IMG/VR virus record: IMGVR_UViG_3300043466_000797
Span: 1-58,213 of that record
Strand: one strand, 5' to 3'
From: a virus
Lineage: Duplodnaviria; Caudoviricetes
DNA: 58,213 nucleotides
Below the pieces are notes generated by a model. The model saw nothing but the letters and a program-made list of their open reading frames with translations, did no database searches and was not told the DNA's origin. Positions 1 through 9,770 of the stretch are shown here, piece after piece. Each line of letters starts with the position of its first letter. The first letter of the stretch is position 1. Made by a program: the position numbers and the translations under genes.

Positions 1-97
1 TGAGGTTCATGGTTCCCACCCAATCTTAGATATGTTTGGAAATATTCAATATTATGAAAATCATCTAAGAAGAGTCCAGGTGCAGCCAAATGATTAG
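1..97 (+). CDS. partial CDS (3' end), probable head-tail joining protein
   Basis: Open frame from nt 2 (EVHGSHPILDMFGNIQYYENHLRRVQVQPND*) ending TAG 95-97; overlaps next gene; neck-module position. Confidence 0.55.
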   Translation, partial: EVHGSHPILDMFGNIQYYENHLRRVQVQPND

Positions 98-818
98 TGT
101 ATATTTAGATCCATCATCAAAAAGTAGGCTCTATGCAGAATTAGATGGAAAAGTTGATGGTATAAAAGAGTTAGCATCTAGAAATACTGAAAAAGAAATG
201 CTAGATGCAGCATATTCTATTGCTGCATTAAAGTTTATTAAATCAACTAATCTTTTAGCAAGATCAAAAAAAACCTCTTTCCATCATGTTTATGAATGGG
301 GAGAGACTGGTAAAGAAACTGGTAGATTATTTAGATTAATTAAAAGAAATAATGGCCTAGGTTCTGCAACAATATATACTAAGTTTAATTTATCTAAGAA
401 AAGATCACCTATATCTCCAATACTTAGAACTCCTGGAAATTCCGGTAGAGTTGTAAAAACTAGCGGAGTGTTTAAAAATAAAGCAGAGGTTATGGAATCT
501 GGAAAATCAGTAGGATTTATTACTACAAGAACTATTGCATTCGCAGATAAAAATAGAAATATAGTTTTTGTTCCTGCTGGGAAGTCTATAACAATTAGAA
601 ATCCAGGTGGACAAGATACCTCTGGTTCATTCAGTAAGCATTTTGCATTATGGTGGTCAACAAACTTTAACAATATACTTGATAATTCTGGTGTTATAAA
701 AAAGATAGAAACAAATGTCGCCAGAACACTAAATAGAAAAGGTGCTACTAGATCTGATGTTAGAAATGTTATTTCTAGCACCCTGGCTCAATATAAAACT
801 ATTGGAAGTGTTGTCTAA
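90..818 (+). CDS. putative neck/tail-completion virion protein
   Basis: 242-aa ORF coupled to neighbours; position before tail terminator and major tail gene. Confidence 0.5.
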   Translation: MISVYLDPSSKSRLYAELDGKVDGIKELASRNTEKEMLDAAYSIAALKFIKSTNLLARSKKTSFHHVYEWGETGKETGRLFRLIKRNNGLGSATIYTKFNLSKKRSPISPILRTPGNSGRVVKTSGVFKNKAEVMESGKSVGFITTRTIAFADKNRNIVFVPAGKSITIRNPGGQDTSGSFSKHFALWWSTNFNNILDNSGVIKKIETNVARTLNRKGATRSDVRNVISSTLAQYKTIGSVV

Positions 819-1327
819 TGGCTGATTATACACAAAATGCTAGAACAGTAATGAATTCATTTTTATGGCAAGAACTGCAATCGGAAGGAATATTAGAGGC
901 TAAAAATTATAGGCCAGATGGATCTACTAAGTCTCTTGTACCAATTGTTCCTATTCAGGAACTACCAGAATTTAATAATTTAATATCAACTCAGCCATAT
1001 TTACTTTATGATTATGAAGTAGAAGGCTATGGAGATCAATGGTGGATTTGTGAAGAAAGAATGCTTTATAGCATTATTGGAACTAGCGTTTCAAAAATAT
1101 CTGAAATAACTGAATTCATGATTGATTTATTTAGAAGATTAGACGACTCTGGTAAAGATGTTCAATTATCTAATAATAAAGATGATATTATAAAATTTTA
1201 TTCAGTAGGACTTCAGTCCGCTACTGCCCCAGCCCCCTTTGAGTCTGAGGGTGGAAGAATGATTGGAACAGTAGAAATTACATATAAATACTCTAGAATA
1301 CTAGATGATAATGGAAGATTCCAATAA
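818..1327 (+). CDS. putative tail terminator protein
   Basis: 169-aa acidic ORF immediately before major tail protein (synteny). Confidence 0.55.
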   Translation: MADYTQNARTVMNSFLWQELQSEGILEAKNYRPDGSTKSLVPIVPIQELPEFNNLISTQPYLLYDYEVEGYGDQWWICEERMLYSIIGTSVSKISEITEFMIDLFRRLDDSGKDVQLSNNKDDIIKFYSVGLQSATAPAPFESEGGRMIGTVEITYKYSRILDDNGRFQ

Positions 1328-1349
1328 TCTTTGTTTTAAAGTACTATCA

Positions 1350-1399
1350 TGTTATTATATAAAAGAGGAAAGATTTATGCCGGATACTAATAATATCCG
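1350..1399 (+). promoter_or_regulatory. extended -10 (TGTTATTAT) and leader hairpin upstream of major tail gene
   Basis: TGnTATTAT at 1350-1358; CGGATA/TATCCG stem at 1381-1399. Confidence 0.4.
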
Positions 1400-1421
1400 A
1401 AAGGTAGGTGTAAAGAAATAA

Positions 1422-2126
1422 ATGGCCGATAAAGGTGAAGTTCGTAATATTATCGTCGGTGCAGCACAGGTCTTCATTTCAAAGGGAGACTCAACTGATA
1501 CCGCTAACTACAAGAAAGTCATGCCAGTATTTGGTTCAACTGCTGCTGGAGATTACTTAACAAGTACAGGTACAGCAGACTGGAGAAACGTTGGATACAC
1601 ATCTGAGGGCTTCGAAATTTCATACGAACCACAATATGGCGAGGTTGAAGTTGACCAGTTGCTTGACTCTGCTCGTATCTTCAAGACGCAATTGCGCGTC
1701 ATGCTTCGTACTTCCATGAGTGAGGGAACACTTCAAAATGTTCGTACCGCTTTTGGTCAGTCAAATGCTTCACAGGTTAATACTGTATACAATACAGCAA
1801 GTACAACAAGTGCAGCATCAGCATATGGAGGAACACTCAATGCTGATGGTTCTGGAAACAACGTCTTGCAATTAGCCGCAGGCGCACTTGGAGAAGCACC
1901 AGTAGAAAGATCTTTGATCGCCGTTGGTCCTGGACCAACAACTGCTGCTGCTACTACAAAGACAGAGAGAATTTATCTCGCTCGTCGCGTTCTTTCTATG
2001 GAGACTGTATCTCACGCTCTCCGCAGAAATGAGGCATCAGTATACCCAGTTACATTCCGCTGCCTTCCAGATGATGATTATGCTGGAGCAGAATACGGAG
2101 AAATTCTAGACAGAGTTTATTCCTAA
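1422..2126 (+). CDS. major tail (tube) protein
   Basis: NIIVGAA...W.NVGYTSEG motif typical of siphovirus tail tubes; followed by terminator, chaperones and tape measure. Confidence 0.85.
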   Translation: MADKGEVRNIIVGAAQVFISKGDSTDTANYKKVMPVFGSTAAGDYLTSTGTADWRNVGYTSEGFEISYEPQYGEVEVDQLLDSARIFKTQLRVMLRTSMSEGTLQNVRTAFGQSNASQVNTVYNTASTTSAASAYGGTLNADGSGNNVLQLAAGALGEAPVERSLIAVGPGPTTAAATTKTERIYLARRVLSMETVSHALRRNEASVYPVTFRCLPDDDYAGAEYGEILDRVYS

Positions 2127-2147
2127 TAACTAAATATTTCAAGGTGC

Positions 2148-2186
2148 AACCCCGTCTATTAGGCGGGGTTCATCTTTATGTTTTTA
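2148..2186 (+). terminator. intrinsic terminator
   Basis: AACCCCGTCT-ATT-AGGCGGGGTT hairpin followed by T-rich tract. Confidence 0.75.
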
Positions 2187-2196
2187 CATCCTATTT

Positions 2197-2205
2197 TGAT
2201 ATAAT
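2197..2205 (+). promoter_or_regulatory. extended -10 promoter TGATATAAT
   Basis: Recurrent intergenic motif; AGGAGG RBS downstream. Confidence 0.6.
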
Positions 2206-2231
2206 TTAATTAAGTTATTAGGAGGAATACG

Positions 2232-2567
2232 TTGGCTACAAACGTTTATGATACTGCCGAATTAGAACTAGACAATGGAGAAATTGTCATAATTAAACCA
2301 CTTGCTATTAAGCAATTAAAAAAGTTTATGGCAGTAATTAGAGAATTAGACTCAGAAGAGATTAAAACAGAAGAAGATGCTATGGACATTTTTATCAAGG
2401 CATCTATGATTTGCTTAGAAAAGACCGCCCCATCTATTGCGTTCGATAGAGAGGCATTTGAAGAAGCAGTAAATGTCCCCACAATGATGAAGATCCTTGA
2501 AATTTGTGGAGGATTAAAAATGAATGACCCAAATCTACTGGGAGCGGCTCTAGTTGGAACGAACTAG
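2232..2567 (+). CDS. tail assembly chaperone (G-like, short form)
   Basis: Between major tail and tape measure; AGGAGG RBS; slippery C CCA AAT at 2528-2534. Confidence 0.85.
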   Translation: MATNVYDTAELELDNGEIVIIKPLAIKQLKKFMAVIRELDSEEIKTEEDAMDIFIKASMICLEKTAPSIAFDREAFEEAVNVPTMMKILEICGGLKMNDPNLLGAALVGTN

Positions 2568-2848
2568 ATCTAGCCGCTCTGGAATCTGAGGCATTTCTGT
2601 TGGGAAACTGGAAAAACTATGATGAACTGGAAGAAAACCTATCACTAGAAGAACTTCTAGCAGTCCTTAACGCTCAAAGGCGTCAAGAACGGGATAAACA
2701 AAAGTTTCTTGCAGCATTGCAGGGAGTCGATCTTTCTGATCCAGAACCATTAGATATAACAGAACTATCAGGATACGATGCTGTACAGGCAGGGTTCGGA
2801 ATTGGCATTGGCTTAGGCCATGCAACTCAGGAGGTAGTTGAAGTTTGA
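2232..2848 (+). CDS. tail assembly chaperone long form (GT-like) via -1 frameshift, about 205 aa
   Basis: -1 frame open from 2528 (PKSTGSGSSWNELDLAALESEAFLLGNW...) into ORF 2600-2848. Confidence 0.8.
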
Positions 2849-5800
2849 GTCGTATAGATATTAATGTAGTTGCTACTGGCAATTTTTCTACAATAGAAGC
2901 GCAGATTGCTAAATTAAAGGCAGACATTGCTGGGTTAAGTGCTGCTGGATTAGCAGTTAACCCACAGGCTACAAGGTCTATGCAGACCTATATATCTACA
3001 TTCTCAGACGCATTAAATGCTAGTGGTAACTTTACCACAAAGATGGTCAATCTTACCTCAGAGACAGAGAGATTTGGAAGAAGCCTTGAAAGAGGAAATC
3101 TAAGGCTCGGACAATACTTTAGAACAGCCACACAACATATTAGAAGTCAACAAGGAGAAATTTCTAAATTAGCCAAAGAAAACGTAAGGCTAATGAATTC
3201 CAGGACACTCGCTCTTGGTGACGGTAGGGCAATGGTTATTACTCCTACTGGGATTGATGAGGCTATTCATAAACAACAAATTCTTAATCAAGAATATAGA
3301 ATTTTCAGACAAGTTGTTGCAGGAGGATCTACTCAATTAATTAACTGGGGAAAGAATACCCAATGGGCAGGACGCCAATTAACCGTTGGCCTTACTGTAC
3401 CGCTAACCATATTTGGAGCGGCTGCAGGAAAAGTATTTATGGATGCAGATAAGCAACTAACAAGACTTGCTAAGGTTTATGGAGATGCTTCCAAGGGAAT
3501 GACAGACCAGTCTGAACTACAAGCAATCAGACAAGAGACACTTGGACTAGCAAAAGAAATTGCATCTACAATGGGTGTTGCTGTTACAGAAACATTGGGA
3601 TTAGCCGCAGACATTGCCGCTACTGGAAAGCAAGGAAATGAACTTCTCGCTGCAACAAATGAGGCAGTAAGACTATCTGTTTTGGGTGAAGTTGATAGGC
3701 AAGAAGCCATGAAAACAACTCTAGCAATTCAGACAGTATTTAAAAAAGATACCCAGGGTCTTGCAGATTCTATTAACTTTCTAAATGCTGTAGAAAACCA
3801 AACATCTACAAGCCTAAATGACTTGTCTACGGCTATCGTAAAGGCTGGTCCAGTTGTACAAGGTCTTGGAGGATCTGTTGAAGATCTAGCCCTGATGCTT
3901 GTTGCTATGCGTGAGGGTGGAGTTCCTGCATCAGAAGCAGCAAATGCTATTAAATCTTCATTAGGTGCATTGATTAATCCAACTAAGCAGACTACAGAGG
4001 TTCTAAGTAAGTTCGGAATCAATATCAATGAAATAGTCAATAAAAATGCTGGTAATGTTATAGGAACACTTACAGATCTACAATCTGCACTAGAAGGTTT
4101 AGATTCACTTTCTCGTCAAAGAGCAATCGAACAACTTTTTGGAAAGTTCCAATTTTCAAGAATCAATGCTCTTCTAAGCAATTTAAATAAGGCTGGAAGC
4201 CAGACTGAACAAGTCCTAGCCCTTGCTGGCATGAGTGCCGCTGATTTAGCAGCCAATGCTGATAAGGAATTAAAGGTTCTTACAGAATCTACAACAGTAA
4301 GATTCCAAAGAGCAGTAGAAACATTAAAGGCAAATCTTATTCCTATCGGTGAGGTTTTTGTCACTATTGCCACCGTATTGATTAATGTTGGAAATAAAAT
4401 TTTAGACGTATTCAATAATCTTCCAGAACCAATACAAGCACTTTTGAAGGGTCTAGGGTATCTAACCGCCTTTGCTGGCCCACTAATTATGATTACAGGT
4501 GTCCTAGGTAACTTCTTTGGCTATCTAATCAAGGGTATAAGTTTCTTTATGGGAATAAAGAGGGCTGGAAGAGGGATATTCCAGCACATCACAGAAGAGA
4601 CTATAGCCGCAGAAAGTGCGACTCTTTCATTAACAGATTCAGCGTTTAAAGAAGAAGAAGCATTTAAGCAATTAGCAGCAGCAATCGATATGCTAAATGC
4701 CAAACTTGAACAACTAGCACTTAATCTCAGAGAAGCCGCAGGAGCAGGGCAAGGAATTGCTACCATGGCTAATGCTGAAGCATCAGCCCTTGCAGGCGCA
4801 GGCGGGATGTATGGTGAACAAAGATTTAGATTTACAGGTGAGGGTGGAAAAACGAGTGGTATAAGCAAGCCACATTATTATTCCGCCGCTAAATTCCTTG
4901 CTGCTACACGCGAAACAGGTGCCCCAACAGAGTTTGCTGGATTAACTGATGCACAGATTAAGGGTGGATTAAGATCACAGCATATGATTGCTCCAGGTGG
5001 CGAATATGGTCTTATCCAAAGTCAATTAGGAAAGCAAACTGCAATATACAGTAATGAACAAGAAAGACAGGATTTCCTTAGCCAAATAACTGGAATTATT
5101 GGTAAGGGTGGATATACTGTAGATCCACAAGCAGCATTAAAGGCAGTTGTCGCAAGTAGAGAAGATTTTATTAAGAGGCAGGCTGAGTTTAGGGCAAGGT
5201 TAGAAGGACTTGCAGAGTTGCCAAGTGACGTATTAACTAGACTTAGTGCTTCATTAAATGAAGCATCAAAATCTGGTGGCGACGTTGCTGCTCAGGCTGA
5301 AAGGATTGTTTCACAAGCAATCGCAGAGGATAAAGCAGCGACTCGTAAATATGCTCAAACTCGCGCAGAAACAATTGACCATCTATCATCTATGCAGAAT
5401 TTAGGAACAGAAGATTTTGCAAAAGAGGCTGCTCTCTATACTGGCTCTAAAGAAGTTAGTGCTAGGGGGAAACTAACTGCTAAGGGAATGACAGCAGATA
5501 TAACTGCATCATTAGATGGTGCAGTTCAGGTTAGTATGGTGCAGTTAGGATCTCAGTTTGCTGCAGACTCAGAATTAATGTTAAAGACAGCGACAGATCA
5601 AGCGATTGGTCAAAGTCGCAGGACTTTCTTGGCTCAAGCAAGAAAGAATGGTCAAAAACTAGTACAATTTATTGATCGCTCTGGAAATAAATTTATAGCA
5701 GATATATCAAATGGATTAGAAAATGCTGTAGTTTACCAACTTGATGAAAAGGGTAGAGAAATTACAGGAGTTCTTTCAAAATCTCAGGCAAAAAAGAAAG

Positions 5801-8800
5801 TTGCATCATCAAGAGCCGCTGCCGCAATTGCTAGATTCCATGCTGCAGAAGATAGATTAGATGCTATGGTTGCTGCCGATATACAAGCGGCAGCCCTGGC
5901 AGAAGAGCAGGCTGCCGCAGGAGTTGATAATCCCAATGCTGGTAAGGGCAGATTTGGAGGCCGTGGAGCAGGGATTGCTATGGGATTAGGATCTATAGCA
6001 TCTATGGCAACCATGTTTGCCCCAACTGGAGATAACCAAGCATTAAATACTGGACTTAATATTCTTGGAGGCGCAGGGCTTGGTGTTTCTATGGGTGCTA
6101 TGGCTGGCCCTCCTGGAATGATCGTTGGAGGTATATTAGGAGCAATTATTCCTTCTGTATCTGCAATGGCAGAAGCCACTCAAAAAACATATGACGAGGC
6201 TAGGGCAAGAATAGAAGCAATCAGATCTCAATTTGGTCGCCTAACTGAACAAGAACAAAACTTGCTTGGTGTAGATATTAAATCTATGTCAGAAATGACA
6301 TTCAATGCGTTAAATAATAAAACTCAAGAAGCAGCAAGTGCTGTAGATGAATTTGCACAATCAATTAGAGATGCTGCTGCTGGAACAGCAGAATATAATA
6401 AGGCTCAAACATTTAGAAATGCAACTAGTGCAGAAGATATTATGAGTTCTGGAGCATTTAGATTGCTAGTAGGATCTGCATTAGCAACTGGTGCTGATCA
6501 ATCTGGGGTAAGAAATATTCTAGAGGCATATATGAAGGCTACAGATAAGCAAGTATATGCTGCAGAAGTTTTTGCTGGCGCAGAGGAATCTATGTCAAGG
6601 GGACTGGAAGGATTTATCCAGTCTGAGCGAGATAGAGTAAGTGGTGCAAATAAAGAGTTACTAGCAGGATTCAAACAATATATGCCTGGAACATATGGAG
6701 AATTAAGTCCAATTCAGGCTGGTAAAGATTTTGCCCAAGCATCAAGAAACTTTGAACAATTTATTGCACAAGGAATAAAAATAGAGGGCATGGATATTAC
6801 CTCCCTTGCCGCAGGGATAATAGATCCAAACTTTATAAGTCAATTAAGTAGAAATGCTACAGGTGCAGATGCTGGATTTGCTGGTCCACAAATATATCAA
6901 ATTCAATTAAATGGTCAAGATATTAGTGCAGAGCAAAGTCAAGCAATACTAGACTCTATTTCTCCAATTACTCAAAGCGTAACTGCTGGAAGTAATATAA
7001 AGATGATAAACCCAGCCATTAAACAGAATCTTGATTTGCTTCAAACCTATAGAGAAGAAGTTTCAGTAGTAGGTAAAGTAATTGCTGATGCATTTGCTAC
7101 TCAGCCATTAGAGGATTTTGAAGATAGTATTCTACCAGTAGTAGAAATGCTAGGACTTACTAGAGATGAAATGCAGCAGTTTAGATCAGAACTTCCACAA
7201 AATGGTAGAGAGGTCTTTGATCAGATATTTGCCAGCACTCAGAGTATGACGGCTGCTATGGCTGCAGCGAGACTTGCTGTTGCAGAAGTTGGATATGATA
7301 TTGATAAGTTGAGGGGTAAGACAGCAGGGGAAATCCTCCTTATTGTGAGACAAGTTATTGTTACAGAGCAGATCCAACAAGGTCTTGCAGACGTTACTTC
7401 TTCTGCAGAATTTAGTGGAAAGACTAGAGAGCAAAGATTACAAGATACTGGGTCAGGTAGCGGTGGTGGTGGATCTGCCGATACATCTGGAATAGAAGAT
7501 GCATATGATAGGCAGATTAAGAAGCAAGATGAATTAATCGAACGCATCAGAAAAGAAAGAGAAGAGCGTCAAAAGTTATTTGACCTAGAAAAGCAAGCAT
7601 TCGACTTTGCTATGCAAGAGCAGGATCTAAAGAATCAAATTGCTCGCGCTAGGGCTGAAGGAAATACTGCCGAAGCCGCCATGCTTCAATCCAGACTTGA
7701 TAATGCTAGGGCTACAAATAAAGAGCAAGAAAATGAAAGACGTAGACAAGAAATCGAAGATCGTAAGATTGAAGCAGCAGAAAAGAGGAAAGAGGCTCTA
7801 CAAAAGGCAAAGGAAATCGCTACCAAGGATGCTCAAGGCGGCGGTGGAGGTGGAGGATCTTCTGCAGAGAAGACTGCTAAAGAAGTAACATATCTTACTA
7901 GACAAGCAATTGATGGAGTGCTAGAAGAAGTTGCACAAGAAAATATATTCTTAAGTCCAGAAGAATTCCTTCAGACAGAACAAATTCAAAAGATGATGAA
8001 GCAATTGCGCGATGGATATGGTGCAACGGTAGAAGAAGCACAGGCATATGCAATGAACTTCTACAATGCCAGTAATCAGATGGTGCTTAGTGCAGTAACC
8101 GACCTTGACGCAATAAGAGATCGCTTCACTCAACAATTTAGCCTTTACGAAGAGTTTACTAATTTACCAGATGAACAAAAGGCACAGATTCAGTCTAATC
8201 TAGAATTTATAATGTTTAACCCAGTACTTTCCCGTGGAGAAAAGATAGATCAAGCAGTAGAATTGTTTAGGAACCTTGGTATGGGACCAAAGGAGGCTGC
8301 AGACGCTGCTAAAGAATCATATGATGTTATTAAGGGTCTATATGGGAAAAATGGGGCACAAACTGTTGTTGATGAATTCAGAAATGAATGGGCTAAGATC
8401 AAAGATGAGTTTGATCCAGAAACAGCAAAAACTGTGTCTACCCTATTCCTTGAGGGGATTAAGGAAGGAAGCACTAAGCCAGAAATTCTTAATGCAATAT
8501 CTGCTGAAATTTATAAATCTACATATACAGATGGCATAGAAAAGGGACTAAACCCAACAGTTGCAGCCGCACTAGCACAGGGCATGGCTGATGAAGTTAA
8601 GACTACAACATCTAATGCCTTAAAGAACTTTAACGTCCAAGTACCATTCGTTGCGACATATGATGATGGAGTTCTTCCTGACTGGCTAAAGAAAACAATG
8701 GGTCCAGGCGCACTTGGTGCAGCAAATAAAGGCATGAGAGCAATGGGCTTTGATGTATCCCATAAGTGGGAAGGCGATCTAGAAGTAACTGCTGATTTAG

Positions 8801-9264
8801 GAACATTGGGAACAGTAGATAATCCAATGTGGGTCCGTATGGCTGGTCCCGCTTCTGCTAACGGAGGACTTATTGCTAGAGGTACTGGCGGAATGATTTA
8901 TGGCCCAGGTGGACCTACAGCAGATATTATCCCAACAATGCTTTCTAATGGAGAATATGTTATTCGTGCATCTTCTGTCAAGAAGTATGGAATTCCATTC
9001 CTAGATATGATTAATAAAGGAATGCTTCCTGCCATGGCTGCAGGAGGATATTCTAGATATCCATCTATGGTTGCTAGAATGGGTGGCGGAGGATACGCTT
9101 ATCGTGGAATGTCTTCTGGCGGATTAGTAAATGAATCATCTGCAGAGTATAATATAAATGTTAACGTATCTGGAACAAATGCCTCTCCTGAAGAAATAGC
9201 ATCAGTTGTTATGCAAACCTTACAGCGTAGAGAAAAAATGAATCGGGCTGGTATTAGAATATGA
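2845..9264 (+). CDS. tape measure protein
   Basis: 2139 aa, Ala/Gly-rich helical; TP901-type core; C-terminal GPGGPTAD.IP.MLSNGEYV motif. Confidence 0.95.
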   Translation: MSRIDINVVATGNFSTIEAQIAKLKADIAGLSAAGLAVNPQATRSMQTYISTFSDALNASGNFTTKMVNLTSETERFGRSLERGNLRLGQYFRTATQHIRSQQGEISKLAKENVRLMNSRTLALGDGRAMVITPTGIDEAIHKQQILNQEYRIFRQVVAGGSTQLINWGKNTQWAGRQLTVGLTVPLTIFGAAAGKVFMDADKQLTRLAKVYGDASKGMTDQSELQAIRQETLGLAKEIASTMGVAVTETLGLAADIAATGKQGNELLAATNEAVRLSVLGEVDRQEAMKTTLAIQTVFKKDTQGLADSINFLNAVENQTSTSLNDLSTAIVKAGPVVQGLGGSVEDLALMLVAMREGGVPASEAANAIKSSLGALINPTKQTTEVLSKFGININEIVNKNAGNVIGTLTDLQSALEGLDSLSRQRAIEQLFGKFQFSRINALLSNLNKAGSQTEQVLALAGMSAADLAANADKELKVLTESTTVRFQRAVETLKANLIPIGEVFVTIATVLINVGNKILDVFNNLPEPIQALLKGLGYLTAFAGPLIMITGVLGNFFGYLIKGISFFMGIKRAGRGIFQHITEETIAAESATLSLTDSAFKEEEAFKQLAAAIDMLNAKLEQLALNLREAAGAGQGIATMANAEASALAGAGGMYGEQRFRFTGEGGKTSGISKPHYYSAAKFLAATRETGAPTEFAGLTDAQIKGGLRSQHMIAPGGEYGLIQSQLGKQTAIYSNEQERQDFLSQITGIIGKGGYTVDPQAALKAVVASREDFIKRQAEFRARLEGLAELPSDVLTRLSASLNEASKSGGDVAAQAERIVSQAIAEDKAATRKYAQTRAETIDHLSSMQNLGTEDFAKEAALYTGSKEVSARGKLTAKGMTADITASLDGAVQVSMVQLGSQFAADSELMLKTATDQAIGQSRRTFLAQARKNGQKLVQFIDRSGNKFIADISNGLENAVVYQLDEKGREITGVLSKSQAKKKVASSRAAAAIARFHAAEDRLDAMVAADIQAAALAEEQAAAGVDNPNAGKGRFGGRGAGIAMGLGSIASMATMFAPTGDNQALNTGLNILGGAGLGVSMGAMAGPPGMIVGGILGAIIPSVSAMAEATQKTYDEARARIEAIRSQFGRLTEQEQNLLGVDIKSMSEMTFNALNNKTQEAASAVDEFAQSIRDAAAGTAEYNKAQTFRNATSAEDIMSSGAFRLLVGSALATGADQSGVRNILEAYMKATDKQVYAAEVFAGAEESMSRGLEGFIQSERDRVSGANKELLAGFKQYMPGTYGELSPIQAGKDFAQASRNFEQFIAQGIKIEGMDITSLAAGIIDPNFISQLSRNATGADAGFAGPQIYQIQLNGQDISAEQSQAILDSISPITQSVTAGSNIKMINPAIKQNLDLLQTYREEVSVVGKVIADAFATQPLEDFEDSILPVVEMLGLTRDEMQQFRSELPQNGREVFDQIFASTQSMTAAMAAARLAVAEVGYDIDKLRGKTAGEILLIVRQVIVTEQIQQGLADVTSSAEFSGKTREQRLQDTGSGSGGGGSADTSGIEDAYDRQIKKQDELIERIRKEREERQKLFDLEKQAFDFAMQEQDLKNQIARARAEGNTAEAAMLQSRLDNARATNKEQENERRRQEIEDRKIEAAEKRKEALQKAKEIATKDAQGGGGGGGSSAEKTAKEVTYLTRQAIDGVLEEVAQENIFLSPEEFLQTEQIQKMMKQLRDGYGATVEEAQAYAMNFYNASNQMVLSAVTDLDAIRDRFTQQFSLYEEFTNLPDEQKAQIQSNLEFIMFNPVLSRGEKIDQAVELFRNLGMGPKEAADAAKESYDVIKGLYGKNGAQTVVDEFRNEWAKIKDEFDPETAKTVSTLFLEGIKEGSTKPEILNAISAEIYKSTYTDGIEKGLNPTVAAALAQGMADEVKTTTSNALKNFNVQVPFVATYDDGVLPDWLKKTMGPGALGAANKGMRAMGFDVSHKWEGDLEVTADLGTLGTVDNPMWVRMAGPASANGGLIARGTGGMIYGPGGPTADIIPTMLSNGEYVIRASSVKKYGIPFLDMINKGMLPAMAAGGYSRYPSMVARMGGGGYAYRGMSSGGLVNESSAEYNINVNVSGTNASPEEIASVVMQTLQRREKMNRAGIRI

Positions 9265-9770
9265 CACTTTTAACTCCTAGTATTATTAGATTAAAGTATG
9301 CTGCTGGGTCAGAATTTAATAGCGGTGCCAGCGTTGGTACAGGAACAATATTAACTCTATCTGATCATTCTAGATCTCCACTATCTGTTAACTATGAAAT
9401 TATAGATAAGATGGGAAGAATGGCAGATGGGACTATGCGTAGATATGTTGTAGGAAAGAAATCTAAGTATTCATGCCAATGGAATTTGCTACCCACTATT
9501 AGATCCCAAGTTTCTGATGGAAATGCTGATGCTAGAGATATGAAAGAATTCTACGATAAGTATTGCTACGCGCCTCTGGAGATGAGCATGTTCTATATGC
9601 AAAATGCTACAGAAAGAAGTAAGCCAACACAAAACTATGATAAAACATCAGATGCAAATCACTATATAGAAACAAAAAATGTTTTTTGGACAGGGTTCTC
9701 TTTTGATATAATTAAAAGATTCAGAAATTTTGATTACTGGAATATCACAGCAGAATTTACGGAGATCTAA
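9261..9770 (+). CDS. distal/minor tail protein
   Basis: Directly after tape measure; RMADGTMRRYVV motif. Confidence 0.7.
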   Translation: MTLLTPSIIRLKYAAGSEFNSGASVGTGTILTLSDHSRSPLSVNYEIIDKMGRMADGTMRRYVVGKKSKYSCQWNLLPTIRSQVSDGNADARDMKEFYDKYCYAPLEMSMFYMQNATERSKPTQNYDKTSDANHYIETKNVFWTGFSFDIIKRFRNFDYWNITAEFTEI

